Positions 31,593-41,099 of a stretch of DNA of 64,000 nt are shown here, in pieces; position 1 is the stretch's first letter, and each line of letters starts with the position of its first letter. A model generated the notes under the pieces. That model had not been told where the DNA came from, made no database searches, and worked only from the letters and a program-made list of their open reading frames with translations. Source of the DNA: a bacterium (GTDB lineage Bacteria; JADJOY01); contig JAXLQJ010000004.1 in NCBI GenBank assembly GCA_046331705.1, forward strand, positions 1 through 64,000. Reading direction: 5' to 3'. Both the position numbers and the translations under genes were made by a program.

Positions 31593-33131
31593 ATGCTCAA
31601 GAGGCCGCGCCGTCGGGGCGCCCGAACCGCGTTGGCGCTGTGCGCCGCGTGCCTGGCCGGCGCGATCGCGCTTCGGGCGCGCGCGCAAGCCCTCGCTCCC
31701 GCAGCGAGCATCCATGCGAGCGAGCTCGCCGCTCACCGCGGCGAGCCGCCGGGGCTACGCGGCGACGAGCCCGTGGCGAACGTCGCCACGAGCACGCCGC
31801 GCGTGACGAAGCAGGTGGTCGGCTTCTATCCCTACTGGGCGGCGAGCGCGAACCACGTCCACTGGGACCTGCTCACGACGCTCGCCTATTTCAGCGCGGA
31901 GGTGGACCCGGTCGCGAGGAACGGCAGCCTCTCCGATCTGCACGGCTGGGGCTCCACCACCGGCCCGCTCGTCTCCACGGCGCACGCCGCCGGCGTGAAG
32001 GTGGTGCTGACGCTGACGCTCTTCGATTCCAGCGCCATCGGCGCGATCCTCGGCAACGCGACCGATCGCGCCAACCTCGTCGGCAACGCGCTCGCCAGCG
32101 TGCAGAACGCCGGCGGCGACGGCATCTGCCTCGACTTCGAAGGCATCGCCGCGGGCGCCACCAACAAGACCGGCCTGGTCGCGCTCGTGACCTCGATGGC
32201 GAGCGCCTTCCACGCGGCGATCCCCGGATCCAAGGTGCTCGTCGCCACGCCGGCCGTGGATTGGAACGGAGTCTTCGACTACGACCAGCTCGCCCTCGCC
32301 GGCGACGGGCTCGTGATCATGGCGTACGACTACCACTGGTCGGGCGGCGCTCCCGGCCCGGTCTCGCCGCTCACGGGCGGCTCGCTGTGGGGCACCTACA
32401 ACGTCACCTGGACCGCCGACGACTACGTGACCTGGGGCGGAAGCGCGAACCGCTCGAAGTTCATCCTGGGAGTGCCGTGGTACGGCTACGACTGGCCCAC
32501 CACCAGCTTCGCGATCCCCGGCACGGCGACGGGATCGGCGACGTCGCGCACCTACGCTCAAGCGAAGACCCTCGCGCAGCAACACGGCGGTGCGTGGGAT
32601 GCGGCGTCGCAGACACCGTTCGTGCTCTACACCTCGGGCGGCAGCCGCCAGCTCTGGTACGACGACGACGCGTCGCTGGCGCTCAAGCTCGACTTGGTGA
32701 GCGCGCGGAGCTTCGGCGGCATCGGGATCTGGGCGCTCGGCTACGAGGGCACGAGCGACGAGCTGTGGAGCGGGATCGAGAACGCGTTCGTCCCGACGTG
32801 TCCGGACGCGGACGGCGACGGCTACACCTCGGCGCTGTGCGGCGGCACCGACTGCAACGATGGCAACGGGTCGGTGCACCCCGGAGCCATCGAGGCCTGC
32901 GGAAACGGCATCGACGACAACTGCAGCGGTTCGGTCGACGAAGGCTGCAGCGGTGGCTGCGGCGGCACCAGCGCGGACGCGGCGCTGGTCGAGAGTGATC
33001 CGCGCTCGTCTCCGCAGGCCGCGAACGATGCGAGCGAGCCGTGGGGTCTGCTCACCGGCACCTTGCCGTTGGCAACGCTGGCCGTCGTGCGACGCTGGCT
33101 GCGGGCGCGCCGCTCCTCAGCCGCCGCCTGA
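31593..33131 (+). CDS. Secreted GH18 glycosyl hydrolase with MopE-type metal-binding repeat and MYXO-CTERM-like tail
   Basis: VVGFYPYW, DGICLDFE, IMAYDY, LGVPWYG, GGIGIWALG; DADGDG..DCND..HPGA.E.C.NGIDDNC; GGC..TM..RR end. Confidence 0.85.
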   Translation: MLKRPRRRGARTALALCAACLAGAIALRARAQALAPAASIHASELAAHRGEPPGLRGDEPVANVATSTPRVTKQVVGFYPYWAASANHVHWDLLTTLAYFSAEVDPVARNGSLSDLHGWGSTTGPLVSTAHAAGVKVVLTLTLFDSSAIGAILGNATDRANLVGNALASVQNAGGDGICLDFEGIAAGATNKTGLVALVTSMASAFHAAIPGSKVLVATPAVDWNGVFDYDQLALAGDGLVIMAYDYHWSGGAPGPVSPLTGGSLWGTYNVTWTADDYVTWGGSANRSKFILGVPWYGYDWPTTSFAIPGTATGSATSRTYAQAKTLAQQHGGAWDAASQTPFVLYTSGGSRQLWYDDDASLALKLDLVSARSFGGIGIWALGYEGTSDELWSGIENAFVPTCPDADGDGYTSALCGGTDCNDGNGSVHPGAIEACGNGIDDNCSGSVDEGCSGGCGGTSADAALVESDPRSSPQAANDASEPWGLLTGTLPLATLAVVRRWLRARRSSAAA

Positions 33132-33914
33132 TCCCGACCAGTATCGGATCGCCAGGCGCGCGCCGGCGAGCGCCGTTAGCCGGCGCGCGGCGACGGCCAC
33201 GCGATGCTCGGGAGTCGGTTCGAGCATCCAGAATCGCCACGACTCGGCGGCCAGGAGCGAGTCGGCGGTGAGCCTCACGGCGCCCCGCGCTTCGCCCGCC
33301 GCGCGCTCGAAGCTCACGCTTTGCCGATCCAAGGCGAGCAACGGTGTCCCCAGCGCCTTCGTGTACGCCTCGCGCAACATCCAGCGCTCGAGAAAGACGG
33401 CGCGCCTCGCGTCCGCGGGCGCGCTGGTCACGGCCCGTGCATCGTGGGCCGAGAAGAATCGTCCGGCGATCGCCGTGGGCTCCACCCGCCGATCGTCGCG
33501 CTCGACATCGACCCCGACGGCCACGCCGCGAGCCAGCGCGCACACCGCGAGGCCACGCGTGTGGGCGAGGCTGAGCATGACCCCGCCGGCGGACCGAGCG
33601 GCGAGCGCCGGATCGACACGCGGCTGGCCCTCCGGCGTGGTGGAGAAGCGCCAGGCGTTCGGGGCGGCGCCGAGCTCCGCGGCGAGCGCAGCGCGCAGCA
33701 GCGCTCGTCCCTCGATGATCTCGGCGCGGCGAGCGGCGTTGCCGGCGCCGTCGGCGCGGCGCCGCTCGGCGTCGTCGAGCCAGCAGCGGTACCAGCGCTC
33801 GCGCTCGTCGCTGCCGAGGTGCCGCGTCGGGCACACCCACAGCACGACCGCTCCCGGCGCGAGGCCGCCGGACGCGGCGGAATCCGGGACTCGTGCTCGT
33901 TCCCGCCCGGCCAT
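33117..33914 (-). CDS. 4'-phosphopantetheinyl transferase (Sfp/HetI type)
   Basis: GRALLR, GQP, SLAHT, VGVDVE, WMLREAYTKALG. Confidence 0.85.
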   Translation of the reverse strand: MAGRERARVPDSAASGGLAPGAVVLWVCPTRHLGSDERERWYRCWLDDAERRRADGAGNAARRAEIIEGRALLRAALAAELGAAPNAWRFSTTPEGQPRVDPALAARSAGGVMLSLAHTRGLAVCALARGVAVGVDVERDDRRVEPTAIAGRFFSAHDARAVTSAPADARRAVFLERWMLREAYTKALGTPLLALDRQSVSFERAAGEARGAVRLTADSLLAAESWRFWMLEPTPEHRVAVAARRLTALAGARLAIRYWSGSGGG

Positions 33915-34115
33915 GTCCACGAGTCTACGTCGCACCCAGCCCTCGTCCGAGGGCGTGCTCCCTGCCGCGCACACTCGGGCGGCCGGCGGGCGCCCGGCTT
34001 TTGCCTTTGGGGCGATTTGCGGTTTATCGTGGTGTGCGAAACCGGTGACGCTGCACCCGAAGCAGCGGGCCAGCTCCCCCGTCCCACCGCGAGTCGCGCG
34101 GCCGAAGGTGAAAAC

Positions 34116-35657
34116 ATGCGTGTATCGATGCTCTCGATGCTCCACGAGGTGAACCCCCTCGGGATGCAGCACGTCGCCACCCATCTCGAGAAGCAGGGCC
34201 ACGACGTCGAAGTGTTCTGGCAGCCCAAGGAAGAGGACCTCACACAGAGCGAGCTCGATCAGATCGTCGACCGCGTCGTCGCGCACGACCCGCAGCTCGT
34301 CGGCTTCGCGTTGATGACGATCCACTTTCACCGCGCCAAGCAGCTCACCGAGATGGTCCGGGCCCGTCTCCCCGGAGCCAAGATCATCTGGGGCGGCATC
34401 CACCCCACCCTCAGCCCCGAAGAGTGCATCGACATCGCCGACATCGTCTGCCGCGGCGACGGCGAGGACCCGACCCTCGAGTACGCGAACCGCGTCGACC
34501 GCGGCGAGGACCCGACCACCATCCCGAGCCTGTGGTTCCGCATGCCGGATGGTTCGGTCAAGAAGAACGAGATCCGCAACCTCTCGGACGACCTCGATCA
34601 GTACCCGTTCCCCCAGTTCAACTGGGACAAGAGCTGGATCCTCTGGCAGGGCACGGTCCAGAAGCTGACCCCGGAGGTCTACGCGGAGTCGGTTCCGCGC
34701 CGCGGCCAGATCTACGACATCATGATCACCCGCGGTTGCCCGCTGGTGTGCACGTATTGCTGCAACGCCAGCTTCATCAAGCTCTACCAGGGCAAGGGGA
34801 AGATCCTGCGGTCACGTTCCACCGAGAACGTGATGGAAGAGCTCAAGTGGGTCCGCAAGAACTATCCGTTCGTGGGCATGTTCAACATCCAGGACGACAT
34901 CTTCCTCGTGCGCACGAAGGACAACTGGATCCAGGAGTTCGCCGACGCCTACAAGAAGAACGTGGACCTGCCGTTCGCGTGCAAGAGCACGCCGAACTAC
35001 GTCAGCGAGGACGTGATCGCGCCGCTGGCGTCCGCCGGGCTCCAGCACATCCAGATGGGGATCGAGGGCTCGGACCGCGTCAACTGGGAGATCTACAAGC
35101 GCCGCGTGAGCCACGAGGAGTTCATCCAGGCGAGCGAGATCCTGTGGCGCCACAACGTCGCCGGCCGTTACGACATCATCCTCGACGACCCCTACTCGAA
35201 CGATCAGGACACGCTCCAGATCCTCGACACGCTCACCAAGATCCGCCGACCCTATTGGCTGCAGTGCTTCTCGCTCACGTTCTTCCCCAACACCCCGATC
35301 TACGAGATGGGTGAGCGCGACGGGTTGCTCGGCCACGGCAAGGACGGCTATTCGGTCCAGTACGGCCACGTGAACAAGACCTACCTGAACCGATTGGTGA
35401 TCTTCTCGCAGCGGCTCCCCAACAGCGCGGTGAAGTTCTTCATCAAGCACCGCGACAAGAAATGGGCCCCGCCGCTCCTCGAGGCCGTGATCCACGGCTA
35501 CTGCGAGCCAGCGATGCGCGTCATCGCGCGCATCGCGGCGTATCCGCGGCTCATGGTCACGGTGAAGGCGATCTACTTCAACACCATGCGCTTCCTCAGC
35601 CGTCGCGACCTGAAGCCGCGGCGACGCTGGATGGAGATCGACCTCGCCGGGGCGTGA
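34116..35657 (+). CDS. Cobalamin-binding radical SAM enzyme
   Basis: N-terminal B12 domain (PLG, WGGIHPT, GDGE); TRGCPLVCTYC (CxxxCxxC); IQDDIF; MGIEG. Confidence 0.9.
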   Translation: MRVSMLSMLHEVNPLGMQHVATHLEKQGHDVEVFWQPKEEDLTQSELDQIVDRVVAHDPQLVGFALMTIHFHRAKQLTEMVRARLPGAKIIWGGIHPTLSPEECIDIADIVCRGDGEDPTLEYANRVDRGEDPTTIPSLWFRMPDGSVKKNEIRNLSDDLDQYPFPQFNWDKSWILWQGTVQKLTPEVYAESVPRRGQIYDIMITRGCPLVCTYCCNASFIKLYQGKGKILRSRSTENVMEELKWVRKNYPFVGMFNIQDDIFLVRTKDNWIQEFADAYKKNVDLPFACKSTPNYVSEDVIAPLASAGLQHIQMGIEGSDRVNWEIYKRRVSHEEFIQASEILWRHNVAGRYDIILDDPYSNDQDTLQILDTLTKIRRPYWLQCFSLTFFPNTPIYEMGERDGLLGHGKDGYSVQYGHVNKTYLNRLVIFSQRLPNSAVKFFIKHRDKKWAPPLLEAVIHGYCEPAMRVIARIAAYPRLMVTVKAIYFNTMRFLSRRDLKPRRRWMEIDLAGA

Positions 35658-35690
35658 GCCTCGCGCCTCGCGGCACTCGCGAGCGCACCC

Positions 35691-35720
35691 CGAACCCCCG
35701 CCCTTTCGGGCGGGGGTTCG
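35691..35720 (+). terminator. Perfect 13-bp GC-rich hairpin after the radical SAM gene
   Basis: CGAACCCCCGCCC-TTTC-GGGCGGGGGTTCG; no U-tract follows. Confidence 0.45.
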
Positions 35721-35789
35721 CTCCTCCAGCACGCGTCTCCAGCACGCGTTCCCGCGGCACCGAGCCCTTCTCCTACCCCCGATCGGGCC

Positions 35790-36197
35790 ATGACCACGCC
35801 GGAGGACAGGGACGATTCCAAGATCGTCGCGCCGCGCGCCGCAGGTGGGCGCACGACGCATTCCGGGGCGTATCCGCCTCGCGCGGCGGTGCGTCGGATC
35901 GGTGAGATCCGCGAAGAACCGTACTTCGCGAGCCCGGTCTTCGCGTGCCCGAGCTGTGGCTACCTCACGACCGTCGGGCTTCCCGAATGTCCGCGTTGCT
36001 TCGCCTCGCTACCGCAGCCGCCGAGCGGGATGCGATTCGCGGTGCGCGCCGTCCAATGGCTGGTGGCCATCGGTGGGCTCGGCTACGCGCTCGGGCTGCC
36101 GTGGTGGGTCGCGGCGCTTGCGCTGGCGCTCACGATCGGCAGGGAGATTCGTCGCCCGCGCCCGCCGCGCCACCCGGCGCAATTCGGCGAGCGCTGA
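35790..36197 (+). CDS. Small zinc-ribbon membrane protein
   Basis: CPSC..CPRC followed by two hydrophobic segments. Confidence 0.6.
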   Translation: MTTPEDRDDSKIVAPRAAGGRTTHSGAYPPRAAVRRIGEIREEPYFASPVFACPSCGYLTTVGLPECPRCFASLPQPPSGMRFAVRAVQWLVAIGGLGYALGLPWWVAALALALTIGREIRRPRPPRHPAQFGER

Positions 36198-36210
36198 GTC
36201 GATGCCGCTC

Positions 36211-36969
36211 TCACGTCCTCGGAGCCAGCTCGCTCGGCAGCATCGTCAGGTCGTCGACCTCTGCGCCGGTGAGCTGCTCGCTCGTGAGCCCGCGAACCCC
36301 CGTCAGATCGGCGCCGCCCAGCTGCGTGCCTTCGAACGCTGCACCCGTGAGGTCGGCGTTGCGAAGGCTCGCCTTCACGAGGATCGTGAAGCGCAGGTCC
36401 GATCCCACGAGTGTGGCCTCGTCGAGAAACGCGTCCGTGAGGTTGGTGGCGCGCAGGCTCGACCCGGCGAGGTTGGCTCCCTCGAGGTGCACGGCCATGA
36501 GCAGCGTATCGTCGAGCACGGCGCCGCCCAGATCGGCGCCCCGCATCTTGGAGCCGAGAAAGTTGCAGTTCGCGAGCAACGACCTCGACAGGTCGGCGCG
36601 GCGGAAATCCGCGCCCGAGATGCTCAAGCCGCCGAGGTCGAGACCGCCGAGGGCGAGCGGCTCCGCCTCGCTCTCCACCCACGCGCGGCGCGCCAGGGCG
36701 CCGAGCGCCGCCTTCACGTCGCGACCGGGCTCACCCGGCGCGAGGCTGCCCGCCGTCCGATGGCGGCGCACGAAGTCGAGAAGCGCGCGGACGATCGCCG
36801 CATGATGGGTCGCGGACTCGCGATCGATCTCGGCGAGCCGCTCGATGGCCTGCGCGCGATCGGGCGGCGAATCCCCTGCCAGCCGCAGCACCAGCGCCTC
36901 GACTTCCGCGCGTCGGTCGACGGGCGGCTCGGCCTTGCCGAACGCCGCGCGCAAGAGTTTCCCGATCAT
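36211..36969 (-). CDS. Pentapeptide repeat protein
   Basis: Runs such as ADFRR ADLSR, ANLAG, TNLTD, ADLTG. Confidence 0.88.
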   Translation of the reverse strand: MIGKLLRAAFGKAEPPVDRRAEVEALVLRLAGDSPPDRAQAIERLAEIDRESATHHAAIVRALLDFVRRHRTAGSLAPGEPGRDVKAALGALARRAWVESEAEPLALGGLDLGGLSISGADFRRADLSRSLLANCNFLGSKMRGADLGGAVLDDTLLMAVHLEGANLAGSSLRATNLTDAFLDEATLVGSDLRFTILVKASLRNADLTGAAFEGTQLGGADLTGVRGLTSEQLTGAEVDDLTMLPSELAPRT

Positions 36970-37048
36970 GCCGACTCTCTCCGTGTGCGAGCGCGTCGAG
37001 CGTAGCCGCCGCTCGGCGAAGCGCACAAACGGCGAGCCACGAGCGGAA

Positions 37049-38125
37049 TCAGTCTCGCTCGCGCCTCAGCGCGCCGACGATGTCCCGCACGCGCTGCTCC
37101 TCGCGGGCCAGGTCGGGCGGAAGCTCGAGCAGCACCGAGCGAAAGAGCCCGCCCAGCCGCTCGCGAACGGCGCCCGCGAGGCCTTCCCAGGTGGCGACGA
37201 TGGCCCACTCGTCGAGCATGTCGTCGCTGATCGCGTCACCCATCTCGGCGGTTCGGCCTTCCGTCGCGAGTCGCGTGAGATCGCGGGCGAGCTCGCCCCA
37301 GCCGTGATGCGCGAGCACCGCTTGGTAGCCGCGATTCGTCGCATAGAAGGCGATCTGCCGCTTCACGGCGCTCTTCGCCTTCGCGACCCCTTCGGCGTCG
37401 CGGGCCGTGGCGAGAAACGGCGCCGCGACGAGATCGACGGCGCGCGCATCGCGACCCGCCCGCCGCGCTCCCTCGGCGACCGCCGGCCGCACGATCTCGC
37501 GCGCGTAGCGGAAGGTGGCGATCGGGTGCAACCGAATTCCGTCGGCAAGCTCACCGGCGAGACGTGCGCCATAGACGTTCAGAATGCCGAGGTAGATCGG
37601 CACGTGCGGGTGCTCGTTCGGCCCCGGATTCGAGAAGCTCGGCAGCAGATCGAACCGGTAGTGCTCGCCGGCGAACGCTTCGGGCTTGCCGCCCCGCTGG
37701 AAGCTCGCCCACATCGCCCGCAGGCACTGCACGTAGTCGCGCAGCCGCGGTCCCGCGGGGTCCTTCCATTCGGCTGCGTAGCGACGCTCGACGTGGGCAC
37801 GCGACTGGGTTCCCAGGCCGAGCGAGAAGCGCCCGCCCGAGAGCCGCTGCAGGTCCCAGGCGAGCTGGGCCACGACCATCGGGCTGCGCGGAAACGCGAT
37901 CGCCACGTTGGTGCCGAGCGTCACCCGCCGCGTGTGCTCCGCCGCGAGCACCAGCGGCAGGAACGGATCGTGCCCCCCTTCCGGCACGGTGACGCCATCG
38001 AAGCCCGCGGCTTCCGCGCGCCGCGCGTCCGCGACGATCGACGCGACGCTGAACGATCCCTGCGTCGCGCCCGCGTACTGCTCGGCGCCGGGAGCGAGCA
38101 GCACGGTCTCGACGCGGAAGGGCAT
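37049..38125 (-). CDS. LLM-class probable F420-dependent oxidoreductase (TIGR03617-like)
   Basis: EGGHDPF, AIAFPRSP, AWDLQRLSGGRF.LGLGTQ, IAFYAT..Y. Confidence 0.88.
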   Translation of the reverse strand: MPFRVETVLLAPGAEQYAGATQGSFSVASIVADARRAEAAGFDGVTVPEGGHDPFLPLVLAAEHTRRVTLGTNVAIAFPRSPMVVAQLAWDLQRLSGGRFSLGLGTQSRAHVERRYAAEWKDPAGPRLRDYVQCLRAMWASFQRGGKPEAFAGEHYRFDLLPSFSNPGPNEHPHVPIYLGILNVYGARLAGELADGIRLHPIATFRYAREIVRPAVAEGARRAGRDARAVDLVAAPFLATARDAEGVAKAKSAVKRQIAFYATNRGYQAVLAHHGWGELARDLTRLATEGRTAEMGDAISDDMLDEWAIVATWEGLAGAVRERLGGLFRSVLLELPPDLAREEQRVRDIVGALRRERD

Positions 38126-38232
38126 CGCGCTGGCTCGGCGTTGATCGCTCGCGGTCGCTCGCGACGCTCGCAGTGGACTCGGACGTCGCGACTACGGCGG
38201 GGACGCGCCGCATCCCGCCGCCCGCGGCGAGC

Positions 38233-39942
38233 TCACGCGAGCTTGCCCATCGCGTGCAGCGCGGCGACGTAGCCGAACGTCATGGCCGGGCCGATGGTGC
38301 CGCCCGCCCCCGGATACGTGCAGCCGGCGAGCGGCGACGAGCAATTGCCGATCGCGTAGAGGCCCTCGAGGGTCTCACCGCGCTCGTTCACGACGCGCGC
38401 GAACCGATCCACCCGCAGCCCACCCTTGGTGCCGAGCTCGCCCGGCCACGCCTCCATGGCGTAGAAGGGCGCGTCCACGATCGGTCCGAGGCTCTCGTTG
38501 GGTCCCCACGCCTGGTCGCCGTAGTACTTGTCGAAGACCGTCTCGCCGCGGCCGAAGTCGGGATCCACGCCCTTGCGCGCGTTCTCGTTGAAGCGCGCGA
38601 TGGTGGCTTCGAGCCCCGCCGCGTCCACGCCGATCTGCGCCGCGAGCGCGGCGAGGGTGTCGGCCTTCTTCAGGTAGCGCGCTTCCTTGAGCGCCTTGGG
38701 GATCATGCTGTCGGGTTGCTGCGCGCCGGGCAGGAACGGTCCCACCGGGTAGGTCTTGCGGTAGCGGGCATCGAAGATCAAGTACGCAGGGATGCTCGGG
38801 TTGTCCGGACTGTTGTTGGCGTACATCGCGTTCACCACGTCCACGTAGGGCGCCGCCTCGTTCACGAAGCGCTGGCCCTTCTTGTTCACGAGGATGCCAC
38901 CCGGCAGCGACTTCTCGATCACCAGCATGCGGGCACGCGCCTCGCCGGGCACCACCGTGACCGGTCCCCACCAGCCGTCGTCCATGCGATCGAGCGGCAC
39001 GCCGAGCTTGACGCCGATCTCGTGGATGTCGCCGGTGCTCGCGGGATTGGCACAGCTCCACTCGGCCTTGGCCGGCGACGGCAGGTACTTGTCGCGCATC
39101 GCCTGGCTGCCCTCGAAGCCGCCCGCGCCCAGGATCACGCCCTTCTGGGCCCGGATGCGCACCAGGCGCCCGCCCTTCTCGGCGACGACACCCACCACGC
39201 GCCCGCCTTCCACGACCACGTCCTTGCACGGCGTCTCGAGGTGCAGGGGGATCTTGCGATCGATCAGCGACATCCTGAGCGGTGCCACCAGCCCGTTGCC
39301 CATCGCCACGCTTCGATCGCGCTTCGACTTGAAGCGCCACGGGAGGTCGAGCCAGTAGCGCATCATCAGCTTCATGGTGAGCCCGATCCAGCCCGGGTTG
39401 CGGCACAGCAAGATGCGCGCTTCCGCCGCGGTGAAGCTGATCCGTCCCAGCATCAGCGTCTGCAGGCCGGAATCGCGCATCGCGAGCAGCTCGTCGCCCA
39501 TCACGCGGGCGTCGAAGGTGCGCGCCTCCACGGTGCGCGCGCCGGGCTTGCTGCCCGCCACGCGCGGGTAGTAGTCGGCGTAACCGGCGATGGCGTCCAC
39601 CTTGAGACGGGTGTTGTCGCACACCCACTTGAGCATCTTGGCGCCCCACTCGACGAACATCACCAGGCGATCGTCGGGCGTGGTGCCCTGGGTGGCGCCG
39701 CGCAGGTAGGTCAGGGCGTCGTCGACCGAGTCGTCCACACCCACGCCCTTCATGAGGTGATTGCACGGTATCCACAGACTGCCGCCCGACATCGCCGAGG
39801 AGCCGCCGTAGCGATCGCTCTTCTCGATCACCATCACCTGGGCACCCTGATCGTGAGCGGTGATGGCGGCGGTCATGGCACCCGCGCCCGATCCCACCAC
39901 CACCACGTCGACCGTCTCATCCCACGTCGTCGCCTCGGCCAT
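38233..39942 (-). CDS. kstD: 3-ketosteroid delta1-dehydrogenase-like flavoprotein
   Basis: VVVGSGAG, EKSDRYGGSSAMSGG.LWIP, YADYYP, NEAAPYV, LGTKGG, YPGAGGTIGPAMTFG (catalytic Tyr positions retained). Confidence 0.78.
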   Translation of the reverse strand: MAEATTWDETVDVVVVGSGAGAMTAAITAHDQGAQVMVIEKSDRYGGSSAMSGGSLWIPCNHLMKGVGVDDSVDDALTYLRGATQGTTPDDRLVMFVEWGAKMLKWVCDNTRLKVDAIAGYADYYPRVAGSKPGARTVEARTFDARVMGDELLAMRDSGLQTLMLGRISFTAAEARILLCRNPGWIGLTMKLMMRYWLDLPWRFKSKRDRSVAMGNGLVAPLRMSLIDRKIPLHLETPCKDVVVEGGRVVGVVAEKGGRLVRIRAQKGVILGAGGFEGSQAMRDKYLPSPAKAEWSCANPASTGDIHEIGVKLGVPLDRMDDGWWGPVTVVPGEARARMLVIEKSLPGGILVNKKGQRFVNEAAPYVDVVNAMYANNSPDNPSIPAYLIFDARYRKTYPVGPFLPGAQQPDSMIPKALKEARYLKKADTLAALAAQIGVDAAGLEATIARFNENARKGVDPDFGRGETVFDKYYGDQAWGPNESLGPIVDAPFYAMEAWPGELGTKGGLRVDRFARVVNERGETLEGLYAIGNCSSPLAGCTYPGAGGTIGPAMTFGYVAALHAMGKLA

Positions 39943-40008
39943 GTCGTTCCTTTCCTCGCCAGCGCGACGGGCGCGCCACGGCGCCGCGATCGCGACCAGC
40001 GAACACGA

Positions 40009-41043
40009 TCAGTCCACGATCTCGTCGATCAAGCCCCACGCGAGCGCGGTCGGTGCGTCGATTCGCGCGCCGCTCAACGCCATCCACGCCGCCCGCTCGC
40101 GCCCGATGCGGCGCGGGATGCTCGCCGTTCCGCCAGCGCCGGGAATCAGCCCCATCGCGAGCTCCGGTAGCTGGAAGAACGCCGAACGCGCCGCCACCAC
40201 GCGGCGCGCGAACGCAGCCAGCTCGATGCCTGCGCCGATGCAAGCACCGCGGACCTCGACGCGCACGCGATCCGCGCAGGACGCGAACATGCGCGCGGCG
40301 CTGCGCGTCGAGCGAATCGCGTGCGCCGTCGCCAGGTCCGGGTGCGTGCCGAACTCGTCCAGGTCGCCGCCCGCGCAAAACGACTCGCCACGGCCAGCGA
40401 GCACGACCTCCGTGATGGACGGGTCGGCCACGACGATCTCGAGGGCTGCGACCAGCGCGTCACGCGTGGACGCGGAATACGCGTTGCGCTTCTCCGGCCG
40501 GTTGAACACCAGGTCGAGGCGCGACTCGGTACGCGTCACGAGCAGCGCAGGCTCGGCGCCGACCGACCGGAGCGCCGCGCGCGGACGCTCCGCGAGCCAG
40601 CGACCATGCTCGGCGCCGACCAGCAAGTTGCCGTAGGCGAGCGATTCGAGCAGCAAGGCGTCGTCGACCGCGAGCCCGGCGCCGGCCCGCAGCACCTGCG
40701 CGAGCGTCATCGCCGCGATGGGCGCAGCTCGAATCGCTTCGTCGATCACCGCCCATTGCGCGGGCGTCGTCACCAGCACGTCGAGCGTCGCCGCCAGCGC
40801 CGCGACACGCGGCGACGACGCGTCGAGCGGTCCCACGCCGACGGTGGGACAGGGCAACGAGCGCAAGCGCTCGCAGGCGAGCGTGAGCGCCGCTCGATCG
40901 CCGCCAGCGCCGTCGTCGCGACGAAGATCGACCACGAACGCGCCGGCGCCCGTGAGCGGCGAGCAGCGCTCCGCCACGCCCGGCGTGGCGAGCGCGGCGA
41001 GCGCCTCGGCGAGCGACGGAATCGATCGCCGCGACTCGTCCAT
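40009..41043 (-). CDS. Enoyl-CoA hydratase/isomerase family protein
   Basis: NRPEKRNA, FCAGGDL, CIGAGIELAA, PELAMGLIPGAGGT. Confidence 0.88.
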   Translation of the reverse strand: MDESRRSIPSLAEALAALATPGVAERCSPLTGAGAFVVDLRRDDGAGGDRAALTLACERLRSLPCPTVGVGPLDASSPRVAALAATLDVLVTTPAQWAVIDEAIRAAPIAAMTLAQVLRAGAGLAVDDALLLESLAYGNLLVGAEHGRWLAERPRAALRSVGAEPALLVTRTESRLDLVFNRPEKRNAYSASTRDALVAALEIVVADPSITEVVLAGRGESFCAGGDLDEFGTHPDLATAHAIRSTRSAARMFASCADRVRVEVRGACIGAGIELAAFARRVVAARSAFFQLPELAMGLIPGAGGTASIPRRIGRERAAWMALSGARIDAPTALAWGLIDEIVD

Positions 41044-41099
41044 GGGCAATGACGCGGCGGCCGACCCAATGCCCACGCGCGCGCCTCGTCGATCCGCCG

